Shown here: in pieces, positions 1-7,979 of the stretch
Numbering within the stretch: the first letter of the stretch is position 1
Layout: the number at the start of each line of letters is the position of its first letter
Source: a virus
Length of the DNA stretch: 64,000 nt
Reading direction: 5' to 3' (one strand)
IMG/VR virus record: IMGVR_UViG_3300046804_006785
Program-made: the position numbers and the translations under genes
Notes under the pieces: generated by a model
What the model saw: only the letters and a program-made list of their open reading frames with translations
Told to the model about the DNA's origin: nothing
The model's database searches: none

Positions 1-1644
1 ATGTCATTGATGCGTCCTAAGTACCGTGCTACTCATCGTCAAGCTAGTATTCAAGCTGGCTATAGTTTAGCTTTTGTTGAAGCTGACTTAGAAATGACTG
101 CTAAAGCTTTATTAGAAAAACTTCGTGGACTTCGTGAAGCTGAATCTCAAGAAGCATTTTTAGCAAGTCTTACACAAAAGCAAGCTAATCGTCTTTTAAG
201 CGTTCTGAGTTATGAAGATTACGAAAAGTTTGGACATCTTATTGATGGTGGTGCTAGTTTTAATAAGTTTATCTCAGCTAGTGTGTCAGAAGAAGCTCAA
301 CTAGAAGATAATGCGGAATATGAACCCGTAGTTCAAACTAGTACAGACGTGGTACAGGATAAACCACAGCAACAATATACTAGGACTGACAATATCCCTA
401 GAGAAGATAAGTATGCGCCATTTAGACAAGCTGGTTTAGACATTATTAAACAAGCGGGTTCACCTGGTAAATCTAAGGCGTTGATAGCTCCTAGTCGTAC
501 AGGTAAGACTACCGTAGTTTATTTCATGCTTGAGGAAACTATTAAATTAGTGGGAGAAGAAAACCTGACTTGTTATGTATGGCACGGTAAAGGTATCGAG
601 CCTGTACATCCTAGTGTTCCTAGAGAAAACCACTTTAAACTGGATTCTAATAGCTACGGTTTAGAGTCCTTAGATCAAGTTTGGGCAGAATATAAACTGC
701 GTGGTGAATTATTGGAACAAGGTCATCGTAATTTTGCACCAATAATTCTCATTATTACTGATTGGCAATCTATCAAAGATGAGTTGTCTGATGTAGATAA
801 AAAGAAGTTTGATACAGCTAAAACTAGAATTAGAACTTTAGCAAATAACGGTGCAGCGTTGGGTACTACAGTGTGGCTAGATACACAATCGGCTGTTGTG
901 GAAGATTGGGGACTAGGATCATCCGGTATCCGTGACAACTTTGATATTTTTGCTTTAGCTAGAATAGGTGTAGATAATGGTGGACAACCTATAGGCGATA
1001 CAAAATGTATTACTAAGGTTATCAGCAATAATTATCTAGTTCCCAGTGAGCGCGATCGCACTAAAGCCACAGAAGATTATCATTTCCTCTTAGATGGTTT
1101 AGACTCTGGTAAAATCAAATCTTCTGTAATTATGTCTACTGCGGGTAAAGTTCGGTTAGGTATTACACCTATGTTTGAACGTAAAGCTTTACAGTTTGCT
1201 AATACGGCTAAACCTGAATCTAAACCTACAGATATTTGGGATGAACCTGAAGATCCTCAACCTGTGGAACAGCCTAAGAAAGTCGAGTTTGTCAACAACG
1301 AACCAAAGGAAATTTCGCTTAAACAGAAAGTAGAATTACTGGTTAAATCTGGTAAAAACTATAAAGATATTTGCGCTACTTTATGGGGTAACAGACCACT
1401 AGAAGAAATTGCGCCAATGTTAGGTGGTGTCTGCCGCTTAGATAATATTAATATTTTATCTGAGTGTGCAAGTTATCTACTGGGTGTTTTACGCGGTCTA
1501 GGCTGGGTAGACGTTACCAGCTATAATTTTTATCATCTTATTGATAAGGAATTAGCTGATTTCCAGATTAGCGAAGGACTAGAAGAGTTAAGATTGCTTG
1601 AATTTATCCAAGTAGATGGCACTAATGTTAGGGCGTTATATTAA
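1..1644 (+). CDS. P-loop ATPase, FtsK/HerA/VirD4-like (may be 5'-truncated by the window edge)
   Basis: Walker A-like APSRTGKTT, Walker B-like IILIITDWQ, downstream LDTQS motif. Confidence 0.55.
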   Translation: MSLMRPKYRATHRQASIQAGYSLAFVEADLEMTAKALLEKLRGLREAESQEAFLASLTQKQANRLLSVLSYEDYEKFGHLIDGGASFNKFISASVSEEAQLEDNAEYEPVVQTSTDVVQDKPQQQYTRTDNIPREDKYAPFRQAGLDIIKQAGSPGKSKALIAPSRTGKTTVVYFMLEETIKLVGEENLTCYVWHGKGIEPVHPSVPRENHFKLDSNSYGLESLDQVWAEYKLRGELLEQGHRNFAPIILIITDWQSIKDELSDVDKKKFDTAKTRIRTLANNGAALGTTVWLDTQSAVVEDWGLGSSGIRDNFDIFALARIGVDNGGQPIGDTKCITKVISNNYLVPSERDRTKATEDYHFLLDGLDSGKIKSSVIMSTAGKVRLGITPMFERKALQFANTAKPESKPTDIWDEPEDPQPVEQPKKVEFVNNEPKEISLKQKVELLVKSGKNYKDICATLWGNRPLEEIAPMLGGVCRLDNINILSECASYLLGVLRGLGWVDVTSYNFYHLIDKELADFQISEGLEELRLLEFIQVDGTNVRALY

Positions 1645-1687
1645 CATAGTGTTATACTCATAATGTTTGAATTGATTTCTGTTCACG

Positions 1688-1730
1688 CCTCTAATACTGA
1701 TGATGTAGCATATCAGTATTAGAGGTTTTT
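1688..1730. terminator. Intrinsic terminator between convergent genes
   Basis: CCTCTAATACTGAT...ATCAGTATTAGAGG stem followed by a T run. Confidence 0.75.
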
Positions 1731-2284
1731 TAATGTTCTGTTAAATACTGTTTAATTAGCTTAGTTAACTCTAAGAAGGCATCGCCTGATAACTGTTCCC
1801 TACTAGATAAATCCATCAAGATTTTTCCTAAAGTTTCCACAGTGATCGCGGATAAATCCACAATAATCGGGTATTGATTTTTTAAAATTAACTGTTCTGT
1901 TTTAGCGTTAAACTTCCAAAAAGCTGATAAATCCATAATGATTTGATGTTTGTTAAATATCTTTATATCCCGATTAAGCAAACTTGGTTTTTGTATTTTA
2001 TGGCAGATGCTAAAACTATCATCAGGTTCTTTGTGTACTAATGTTTCTAGTACAGAGAATAAATTACTGCGAGTAACTTTGATTTTATGCTTTTGTGCTA
2101 TGAGTCCATAGATTTCTCGCGCTACACTACCAATATGCCCGTCTTCATAGCCTAGAATTTCTGCTATTTCCGAGTAAGTCTTACCCTCTTCTAAGTGCTT
2201 TAGTATTTGTTTATCTAAGGTAGAAAGAATTTTACCGCGTATATTGTGGGATAAGGTATCTAGTAGTTTTATGTGTTTGTCCAT
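1730..2284 (-). CDS. LuxR-like HTH transcriptional regulator
   Basis: LDKQILKHLEEGKTYSEIAEILGYEDGHI helix-turn-helix. Confidence 0.65.
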   Translation of the reverse strand: MDKHIKLLDTLSHNIRGKILSTLDKQILKHLEEGKTYSEIAEILGYEDGHIGSVAREIYGLIAQKHKIKVTRSNLFSVLETLVHKEPDDSFSICHKIQKPSLLNRDIKIFNKHQIIMDLSAFWKFNAKTEQLILKNQYPIIVDLSAITVETLGKILMDLSSREQLSGDAFLELTKLIKQYLTEH

Positions 2285-2602
2285 CTGTCAGCACTGAATT
2301 AGTAAAAATATTTTACTGTATTTTGTATTATTTCATGTCTTAAAAACTACTTATAAATTGCATACTTTATATAGACTCCTAAACCTACTAGGAGTCTTTT
2401 TTATTCCCAATTCCCTATACTAACACCGTCCTTATAATACAGCCTAAAATATGTCAAGCGTATTTTTATATATCATTTGTATAAACTAAAATATTGTGCT
2501 AGATTAATAGCATGACCCATCAAACAGATGAGACGGTAGCACGTCTCAAATGTTTTATATCGGATGGGAGTCACCTTAACTTATTAAATCCACAAGGTAA
2601 CT

Positions 2603-3415
2603 ATGCCAATTGTACAACATGATTTTAACGGAACACCAATCTCTCAGACAGCCGATGATACTTTGATAGGTAATACATTAGTACCTAAAGGCTATACAAA
2701 CCTAACTGAAATGTGTAAAACTAAGAACAAAAAATTAGGACATTATTTGAGTTTAAAAACTACGCAAGAATATATTACAGCCCTTGAGAAAAACCTGAAA
2801 GTGGATATCGCTATTCCGGTATCCCCTATGGTTATTATCATTCAGGGTTCTTTTGCGGGTATAAGCACTTTTCAGGGAACTTGGGGACATATCGAAGTAG
2901 CTATGGATTTAGCCAAGTGGATTGATGTTGAATGTCGCATTTGGGCTAACCGAGTTTTGGTGAAAGTTGTTCAAGGTGATGTTAAAGCCTTAACACCTGA
3001 AGCAGAATTAGCCATGAAAAAGTTGACCGATCTATGGGAACAGATTCGGCAACATGGGAAAGAAACCCGTCGGACTCTAACCGACGCTATTGCTGCTTAC
3101 TTCAAAAGACATCCTGAATTAACTGAAACTTACAAAAGCGATGTTTGGTGGATGGCTACTAACGCAATGTATAACATTGTATTCGGTTTAGACGCAATGG
3201 AGTTAGAAAAGTTCTTAAATTGTGCGCGTCATAAATCTAGAGATTTTCTAGATCAAAAATGTCTTATGGCAATTGATCGGGCTGAAGCGGGAATTTGCCA
3301 ATTAATAGACAACCGGGATATAGAACCATGTGACGCTGTTTTTCAGTATCGGGATTTCTTTGGCGTAACACAGATGTTCCCAAATAAAAAATTAGTTCCC
3401 GTTGATTTTAATTAA
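2603..3415 (+). CDS. KilA-N domain protein
   Basis: GYTNLTEMCK...QGTWGHIEVAMDLAKWID, typical KilA-N motifs. Confidence 0.85.
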   Translation: MPIVQHDFNGTPISQTADDTLIGNTLVPKGYTNLTEMCKTKNKKLGHYLSLKTTQEYITALEKNLKVDIAIPVSPMVIIIQGSFAGISTFQGTWGHIEVAMDLAKWIDVECRIWANRVLVKVVQGDVKALTPEAELAMKKLTDLWEQIRQHGKETRRTLTDAIAAYFKRHPELTETYKSDVWWMATNAMYNIVFGLDAMELEKFLNCARHKSRDFLDQKCLMAIDRAEAGICQLIDNRDIEPCDAVFQYRDFFGVTQMFPNKKLVPVDFN

Positions 3416-3424
3416 ATAACAACA

Positions 3425-3454
3425 AACCCCTAGCAGCAAGTGTTAGGGGTTTTT
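3425..3454. terminator. Bidirectional intrinsic terminator, closing the mini-array transcript on the minus strand
   Basis: AAACCCCTAGCA...TGTTAGGGGTTTTT. Confidence 0.7.
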
Positions 3455-3460
3455 AGGATG

Positions 3461-3634
3461 TTATAAGCACTTAGCTAGGAACAATTTATCAGTTTCAATC
3501 CGTTTCAATCCGTTTCAATCCAACTCACACGAAAGTGAGTATTTACTGTGATCAACGCTTACAAGCATTTAGCTAGGAATAGCTTATCAGATCGTTCTAG
3601 TTTCAATCCAACTCCCTATTAAGGGAGTATTTAT
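3461..3634 (-). CRISPR. CRISPR-like mini-array: two 35-nt hairpin repeats (3600-3634, 3512-3546), two extra GGATTGAAAC copies (3492-3511) and two spacer-like segments
   Basis: Minus strand ATAAATACTCCCTTAATAGGGAGTTGGATTGAAAC and GTAAATACTCACTTTCGTGTGAGTTGGATTGAAAC; stems co-vary; both end in ATTGAAAC. Confidence 0.65.
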
Positions 3635-3649
3635 ATTTGTCTCAGTCTC

Positions 3650-4321
3650 TTATAAGCACTTAGACAAAAACAATTTATCAGATCGTTCTAGTCCGCAGCT
3701 ATACGCATCAAGCATCACACTTTCTAGCAGTTCTGCCGCATAGATTAGTTTCTGCTTCCAATCGTCCCTAAAAACTATGTCTTTAGGAATATTCATGGTT
3801 ATTTTACCATGTGCTACTATTTTATCAAATGAAGATAGCACACAAGATATATTTTCAGCAACATCAAAGTATCCGTTATGTTGTTGTGGTATTGTTCCGG
3901 CGGCAGTTGATCTAGTAGGTTGAGGGTCATCATGAAATAAGTAGTCATCTATAGGGATGTCTTCTACTTGAGCCTCCATATATTCAATCAGTTCAGCCTG
4001 TGCTTGTTGTGGCACATCTGAAATCTGATATCCCTGGAGATTACAAAACCGTTCAGCCTGTGCGTAAGTGGCTGTTCTGTGGATTAACACCCCTTTAACC
4101 ACGATGATGTATGGTTGAGTTAACCCATCTAGGCTGTCATCATCGTAGTCAATAATGGCAACTTCTTTTTCAACTTGCTTAGGTTGTGGCTGATGAGCCA
4201 GAATTTCTGTAATGCAATCGGCTTTACTACGACGTTTAGCACAACCGATTTGATCACAGATTTTCCATAGTTGATTACGGGTTTTGTGGGATAGTTGCTT
4301 TTCAGAGTAGAAGTATGTCAT
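3650..4321 (-). CDS. Hypothetical protein with N-terminal Rho-N/SAP-like helical motif
   Basis: LSHKTRNQLWKICDQIG...KADCITEIL; own promoter at about 4398-4427. Confidence 0.5.
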   Translation of the reverse strand: MTYFYSEKQLSHKTRNQLWKICDQIGCAKRRSKADCITEILAHQPQPKQVEKEVAIIDYDDDSLDGLTQPYIIVVKGVLIHRTATYAQAERFCNLQGYQISDVPQQAQAELIEYMEAQVEDIPIDDYLFHDDPQPTRSTAAGTIPQQHNGYFDVAENISCVLSSFDKIVAHGKITMNIPKDIVFRDDWKQKLIYAAELLESVMLDAYSCGLERSDKLFLSKCL

Positions 4322-4397
4322 TATTAATTAAACCTTTAATAGAGGTCTTAGGAAGTCGCTTGTTTTCCAGACGTGGCGACTTCCTTTGTATGATTAA

Positions 4398-4427
4398 AAT
4401 ATAAACTATATAGTTTACAGTTGTCAA
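4398..4427 (-). promoter_or_regulatory. Sigma70-type promoter containing a perfect 16-bp palindromic operator (4402-4417)
   Basis: TTGACA at 4422-4427 (minus); TAAACTATATAGTTTA palindrome between the divergent genes, next to an XRE regulator. Confidence 0.65.
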
Positions 4428-4473
4428 GTAATAAGCTAAGATTTTAATAAATTTAATTTGGAGTCACTTACTG

Positions 4474-4719
4474 ATGCCCGTGAAAGTTAGAAAAATCACA
4501 AAAACAGAAATAGATGTACCTAATCTACCTGAGCAAATAGCACAAGCAAGATTACAGTCTGGTAAGTCTGTTAAAGAGGTTTGTGAAGCAACTGAAATCA
4601 GTAGAACCTTTTGGAATAGGCTGATATCCGGCAAAGAAGAAGCAATAGCCTACCCTACAATCCAAAAATTTGAAAGATTTTTTGGCATTGACTTTGGTAT
4701 TAGATTTGAGGAAGACTAA
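4474..4719 (+). CDS. XRE/Cro-family HTH regulator
   Basis: IAQARLQSGKSVKEVCEATEISRTFWNRLISG. Confidence 0.85.
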   Translation: MPVKVRKITKTEIDVPNLPEQIAQARLQSGKSVKEVCEATEISRTFWNRLISGKEEAIAYPTIQKFERFFGIDFGIRFEED

Positions 4720-4745
4720 GTATAATCACAGTGGCAAATAAAGCA

Positions 4746-4779
4746 AAAAAGCCAGGATTAATAATAGTCCTGGCTTTTT
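4746..4779. terminator. Bidirectional terminator
   Basis: AAAAAGCCAGGA...TCCTGGCTTTTT. Confidence 0.75.
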
Positions 4780-4793
4780 AATATTTATTTTTT

Positions 4794-5510
4794 TTAACGC
4801 CAAACAAACACAGTCGTTTTGTCTGCCTGGACTTCCCTGAACTCTTCCTGCCAATACTCAACAGGGAAGTAAGCTAGGAAATCGTAAAACTCATACCGAG
4901 TCAATAACCCTGGATAAGACGGACTTTCTAGCTCATCATGATCAATGCAGTCAAAGTGTATGGGAGTCATTGACTGAGCATTTTCACTCATCCCTAGTTC
5001 TTCCCTTAACGCTCTTTCAGCCGCAATAGCGGGATCTTCATCAATGGTCATTTTCTCTGACAATCTATCGAACCCTCGTTTACGGATGCGACCGTCTTTA
5101 AACTCCTGACGGTCTTCATAAAGTGTCAGTTCCTTATCTAGGCAGATCACCTTAACCCTTGCTACTTTTAAGCAGCGTATAGGCTTATTATCTTCCCATA
5201 TTATTTGGGATTCGCCATTGCTTATCTCATTCCGTAGCGACTGGTAACTTTTAGCTTGACCATGCCCATATTTTTCTAAAGGCAAAACGTTTTTTAAGTC
5301 CTTCACTTTTTTGATCTCAACTTTATAGCCCAAACAATTCAAAGTCTGGTTAATTTTTACCCATGTTTCAGGGTCTTTTTTCATCCACTTTGATAAACGG
5401 TGGTGAACCGTGTCCAGACTTTCTTTTGTCTGGAGTGCTATTTTTTGAGCAGCATCATAGGTGCTGTTGTAGCTGCTCAATATCTTTTTAAGAGTGTGGG
5501 ATAGGGTCAT
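4794..5510 (-). CDS. HTH-like N-terminus fused to NUDIX hydrolase domain
   Basis: Nudix-box-like EKMTIDEDPAIAAERALREELG; N-terminal helical DNA-binding-like segment. Confidence 0.65.
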   Translation of the reverse strand: MTLSHTLKKILSSYNSTYDAAQKIALQTKESLDTVHHRLSKWMKKDPETWVKINQTLNCLGYKVEIKKVKDLKNVLPLEKYGHGQAKSYQSLRNEISNGESQIIWEDNKPIRCLKVARVKVICLDKELTLYEDRQEFKDGRIRKRGFDRLSEKMTIDEDPAIAAERALREELGMSENAQSMTPIHFDCIDHDELESPSYPGLLTRYEFYDFLAYFPVEYWQEEFREVQADKTTVFVWR

Positions 5511-6022
5511 TAAATTACCCCATACTCTAAGGCTGCTTTGATCACGTTAAAAGAATCAGCAGGTGCTAACTGTTTTAACTTCCCACCACTACGGGGGATG
5601 AGTAGCGCGGTAGGCTGGGAATAGATATGGCATAACGCCTTGATAGGCTGCCATTCTTTACCAGTGGAGTCTTCTAGACTCCAGAAATATTCCCCTGTTT
5701 CACCTTGGGCAATGTCTAATTTTTCGGACTTCACCCATTTAAAACCGTTCTGTCTAAGGACTTCGTTCATATCAGAACGAGTCTCTTTTTGTTTTCTATA
5801 TCCGTTCTTAGCGGATAAACCCGATCCGCGAACCACATTAGCCGCGAATTTAGCTAATACGTCCTCAACTTGATTGATCATTTTACTTTCCAATTTTTCT
5901 AGTTTTCCTTCTAAGATGATAAGAGAGTCAATGAAATACTTTACACCTTTTGCAATCTCGCGCAAACAGGCAGCTATTTGGTTTTTGATAGTGCGAATTT
6001 TGTAAGATAATGTAGTAGTCAT
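5510..6022 (-). CDS. Hypothetical early protein (shares N-terminus with 37176..37799)
   Basis: ORF with own promoter; KIRTIKNQIAACLREIA N-terminus. Confidence 0.7.
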   Translation of the reverse strand: MTTTLSYKIRTIKNQIAACLREIAKGVKYFIDSLIILEGKLEKLESKMINQVEDVLAKFAANVVRGSGLSAKNGYRKQKETRSDMNEVLRQNGFKWVKSEKLDIAQGETGEYFWSLEDSTGKEWQPIKALCHIYSQPTALLIPRSGGKLKQLAPADSFNVIKAALEYGVI

Positions 6023-6052
6023 TGTTTTATCTCTTGCTCTCTTATGTAATCC

Positions 6053-6081
6053 ACTATAGATAATTTTCTCTATAATGTCAA
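6053..6081 (-). promoter_or_regulatory. Near-consensus sigma70 promoter, family A
   Basis: TTGACA-17 nt-TATAGT; near-identical copies at 6874-6902 and 7395-7423. Confidence 0.8.
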
Positions 6082-6106
6082 GTAGTTTTATAAAATAATT
6101 TTTACA

Positions 6107-6140
6107 AAAAAAAATCCCTAGTTGTTAGCTAGGGAATTTT
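6107..6140 (-). terminator. Intrinsic terminator (duplicated at about 6930-6960)
   Basis: A-run plus TCCCTAGTTGTTAGCTAGGGA stem-loop present twice. Confidence 0.75.
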
Positions 6141-6147
6141 ATTAGTC

Positions 6148-6843
6148 TTAAAAATATCCTTTATCACTCCAAGAACCTATACCAACATCCCCAACGGAAC
6201 CACTGCGTTTAGGAAGAATCTCATCTACATATTCTTGTTCCCAAACTTCTAGTCTGTCAGGAAATATCCGATAGATTTCTTGCTTGTAATGCTTCCTGGT
6301 GACAAGGATTTTTCCATCCTCACCTAAGTCTCGCCAAAATGACTCAACTTTTAGAACTTTTTCAAAGAAAGTATAGGATGCAGTGTAGAAGTTCTCAGGT
6401 TCTACCTTCTTCCCGTTTTCCCAATAATGATCATTAAGATCATAAGCTTGTCCATCCCATTTGGGCTGAACTTTTTTTAACTCTTTATAGGCAGCCAGCC
6501 TATTAAAGATTTTTACTTCTGGTTTTGGTGGCAGTTCTTGTAGCTCAAGCAGTTGAGTTACTTGAATTACTTTTTTTTCTACTACGAAATTTTTTATTTC
6601 TGCAATACCCTCTGCGGGTAATGCAGAAATATCTAGACCTAAAACCCTCGCTTGGAAGGCATTATATATTATATGTGTATCTGAAATTCCCCAATGGAAA
6701 ACTTCTTTAGCTTCCCACCCATCAATTTCTATATATTTTTGGTTAGTTTTTGCGCTTTCATTTAGCGCATTAATTCTCCGACATTTTTGCTCCCAAGCAG
6801 TGAGAGCGTCAAAATCTAATTTAATCGTTTTGGTTAGTTTCAT
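6148..6843 (-). CDS. Hypothetical early protein
   Basis: 231-aa ORF bracketed by a family A promoter and a terminator. Confidence 0.7.
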   Translation of the reverse strand: MKLTKTIKLDFDALTAWEQKCRRINALNESAKTNQKYIEIDGWEAKEVFHWGISDTHIIYNAFQARVLGLDISALPAEGIAEIKNFVVEKKVIQVTQLLELQELPPKPEVKIFNRLAAYKELKKVQPKWDGQAYDLNDHYWENGKKVEPENFYTASYTFFEKVLKVESFWRDLGEDGKILVTRKHYKQEIYRIFPDRLEVWEQEYVDEILPKRSGSVGDVGIGSWSDKGYF

Positions 6844-6873
6844 TTTGTTTTTTTTTGTTTCTTAACTTCTTAT

Positions 6874-6902
6874 ACTATAGAGTAATTTCTCCATAATGTC
6901 AA
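6874..6902 (-). promoter_or_regulatory. Sigma70 promoter, family A
   Basis: TTGACA-17-TATAGT. Confidence 0.8.
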
Positions 6903-6964
6903 CTACTTTTATAAAATAATTTTAAAGATAAAAAAATCCCTAGTTGTTAGCTAGGGATTCTCAA

Positions 6965-7174
6965 TTATAGATACATAATGCCGTCTTTGAAAAAGATTTC
7001 AGTTACCTGGAGGGTATATCGGGTAAAGTTTTTATCCGCGTACGCATCATTTCCATCTAAAAAGCCCTGATCCACGCCTTTTTGATAAGCGTGTTTTTCA
7101 GATTTAGCAAGCACAATGCATTTGCATTCATGCTTGCCATGATAATCCTGTTTTTCAACTAAGTAATATTGCAT
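6965..7174 (-). CDS. Small hypothetical protein
   Basis: 69-aa ORF with AGGAG RBS. Confidence 0.7.
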   Translation of the reverse strand: MQYYLVEKQDYHGKHECKCIVLAKSEKHAYQKGVDQGFLDGNDAYADKNFTRYTLQVTEIFFKDGIMYL

Positions 7175-7185
7175 TTTTTTCTCCT

Positions 7186-7362
7186 TTATAGGTATTCAAA
7201 GCTCACGACACCTTGCCCACCGTGTGCTTCACGAAAAGAAATCTTTTCCGAGATGTTTAATTCCTTTTCAACAATCTTTTCGGCAACAACATGATTGCCA
7301 ATGTGTAGATATACTTTGATTTTTTTGTTGTTGTTGCTTAAATTCCAGTTTAAGTAATTCAT
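7186..7362 (-). CDS. Small hypothetical protein (58 aa, not in ORF track)
   Basis: MNYLNWNLSNNNKKIKVYLHIG...SFEYL*; GAGG RBS; directly downstream of a family A promoter. Confidence 0.7.
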   Translation of the reverse strand: MNYLNWNLSNNNKKIKVYLHIGNHVVAEKIVEKELNISEKISFREAHGGQGVVSFEYL

Positions 7363-7394
7363 TTTTGGTTTCCTCTGTTTCCTTAACTCTCTAT

Positions 7395-7423
7395 ACTATA
7401 GATTAATTTCTCTATAATGTCAA
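7395..7423 (-). promoter_or_regulatory. Sigma70 promoter, family A
   Basis: TTGACA-17-TATAGT. Confidence 0.8.
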
Positions 7424-7490
7424 TACCTAAAATAAAAATATTTTTTATACAAAAAAACCCGCCATTGCTGACGGGCTACTCTTAGCTTAA

Positions 7491-7799
7491 CTACACGCTG
7501 TAATTGAACGTGTTCTCATCATAAGTATCTACTTGCTGCCACTCGATCATTTGGAAACAGTTAGCGCGGCGTTCTGCAAGTATCAAAGCCTTTCTAATGT
7601 CTTTGTGCCTTAGTTTTGGATTATGCACATTTGATCCATTAATTAGAACTTGGTACTTGCCATTTTCCCAAATAACCCCGGCTGTACCATTAAATAGTCG
7701 CGCTTCAAAAGCGTGATTGTCATGTTGATGAAATGTAGTATTTTCATCATTGAAAATACCTAGAGATAAAACTTGGTTTTGAAATTCTTGTAGTGTCAT
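7491..7799 (-). CDS. Hypothetical protein
   Basis: 102-aa ORF with AAGGAG RBS and a terminator at about 7451-7477. Confidence 0.7.
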   Translation of the reverse strand: MTLQEFQNQVLSLGIFNDENTTFHQHDNHAFEARLFNGTAGVIWENGKYQVLINGSNVHNPKLRHKDIRKALILAERRANCFQMIEWQQVDTYDENTFNYSV

Positions 7800-7979
7800 A
7801 AGTTACTCCTTTATGATGTTTTCCCCTTCGTAGGGGATAAATGCGGTCGCTAGGTATATAATCATGCGGCTTATTTCTTACTAAAATCTATGCGTGTTTG
7901 TTGTCAACCGCTAGAGTACAAGTAACTTTTGCTGCTTATACTCTAGCGGATGCGGAACTCTTTAGTTCCGCGATTGTGA

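Noticed and set aside
3548-3583. GTGATCAACGCTTAC... resembling the start of cyanobacterial type I-B repeats
   Set aside because: Only about 11 nt are similar; the rest is fully explained as the copy of the neighbouring gene end
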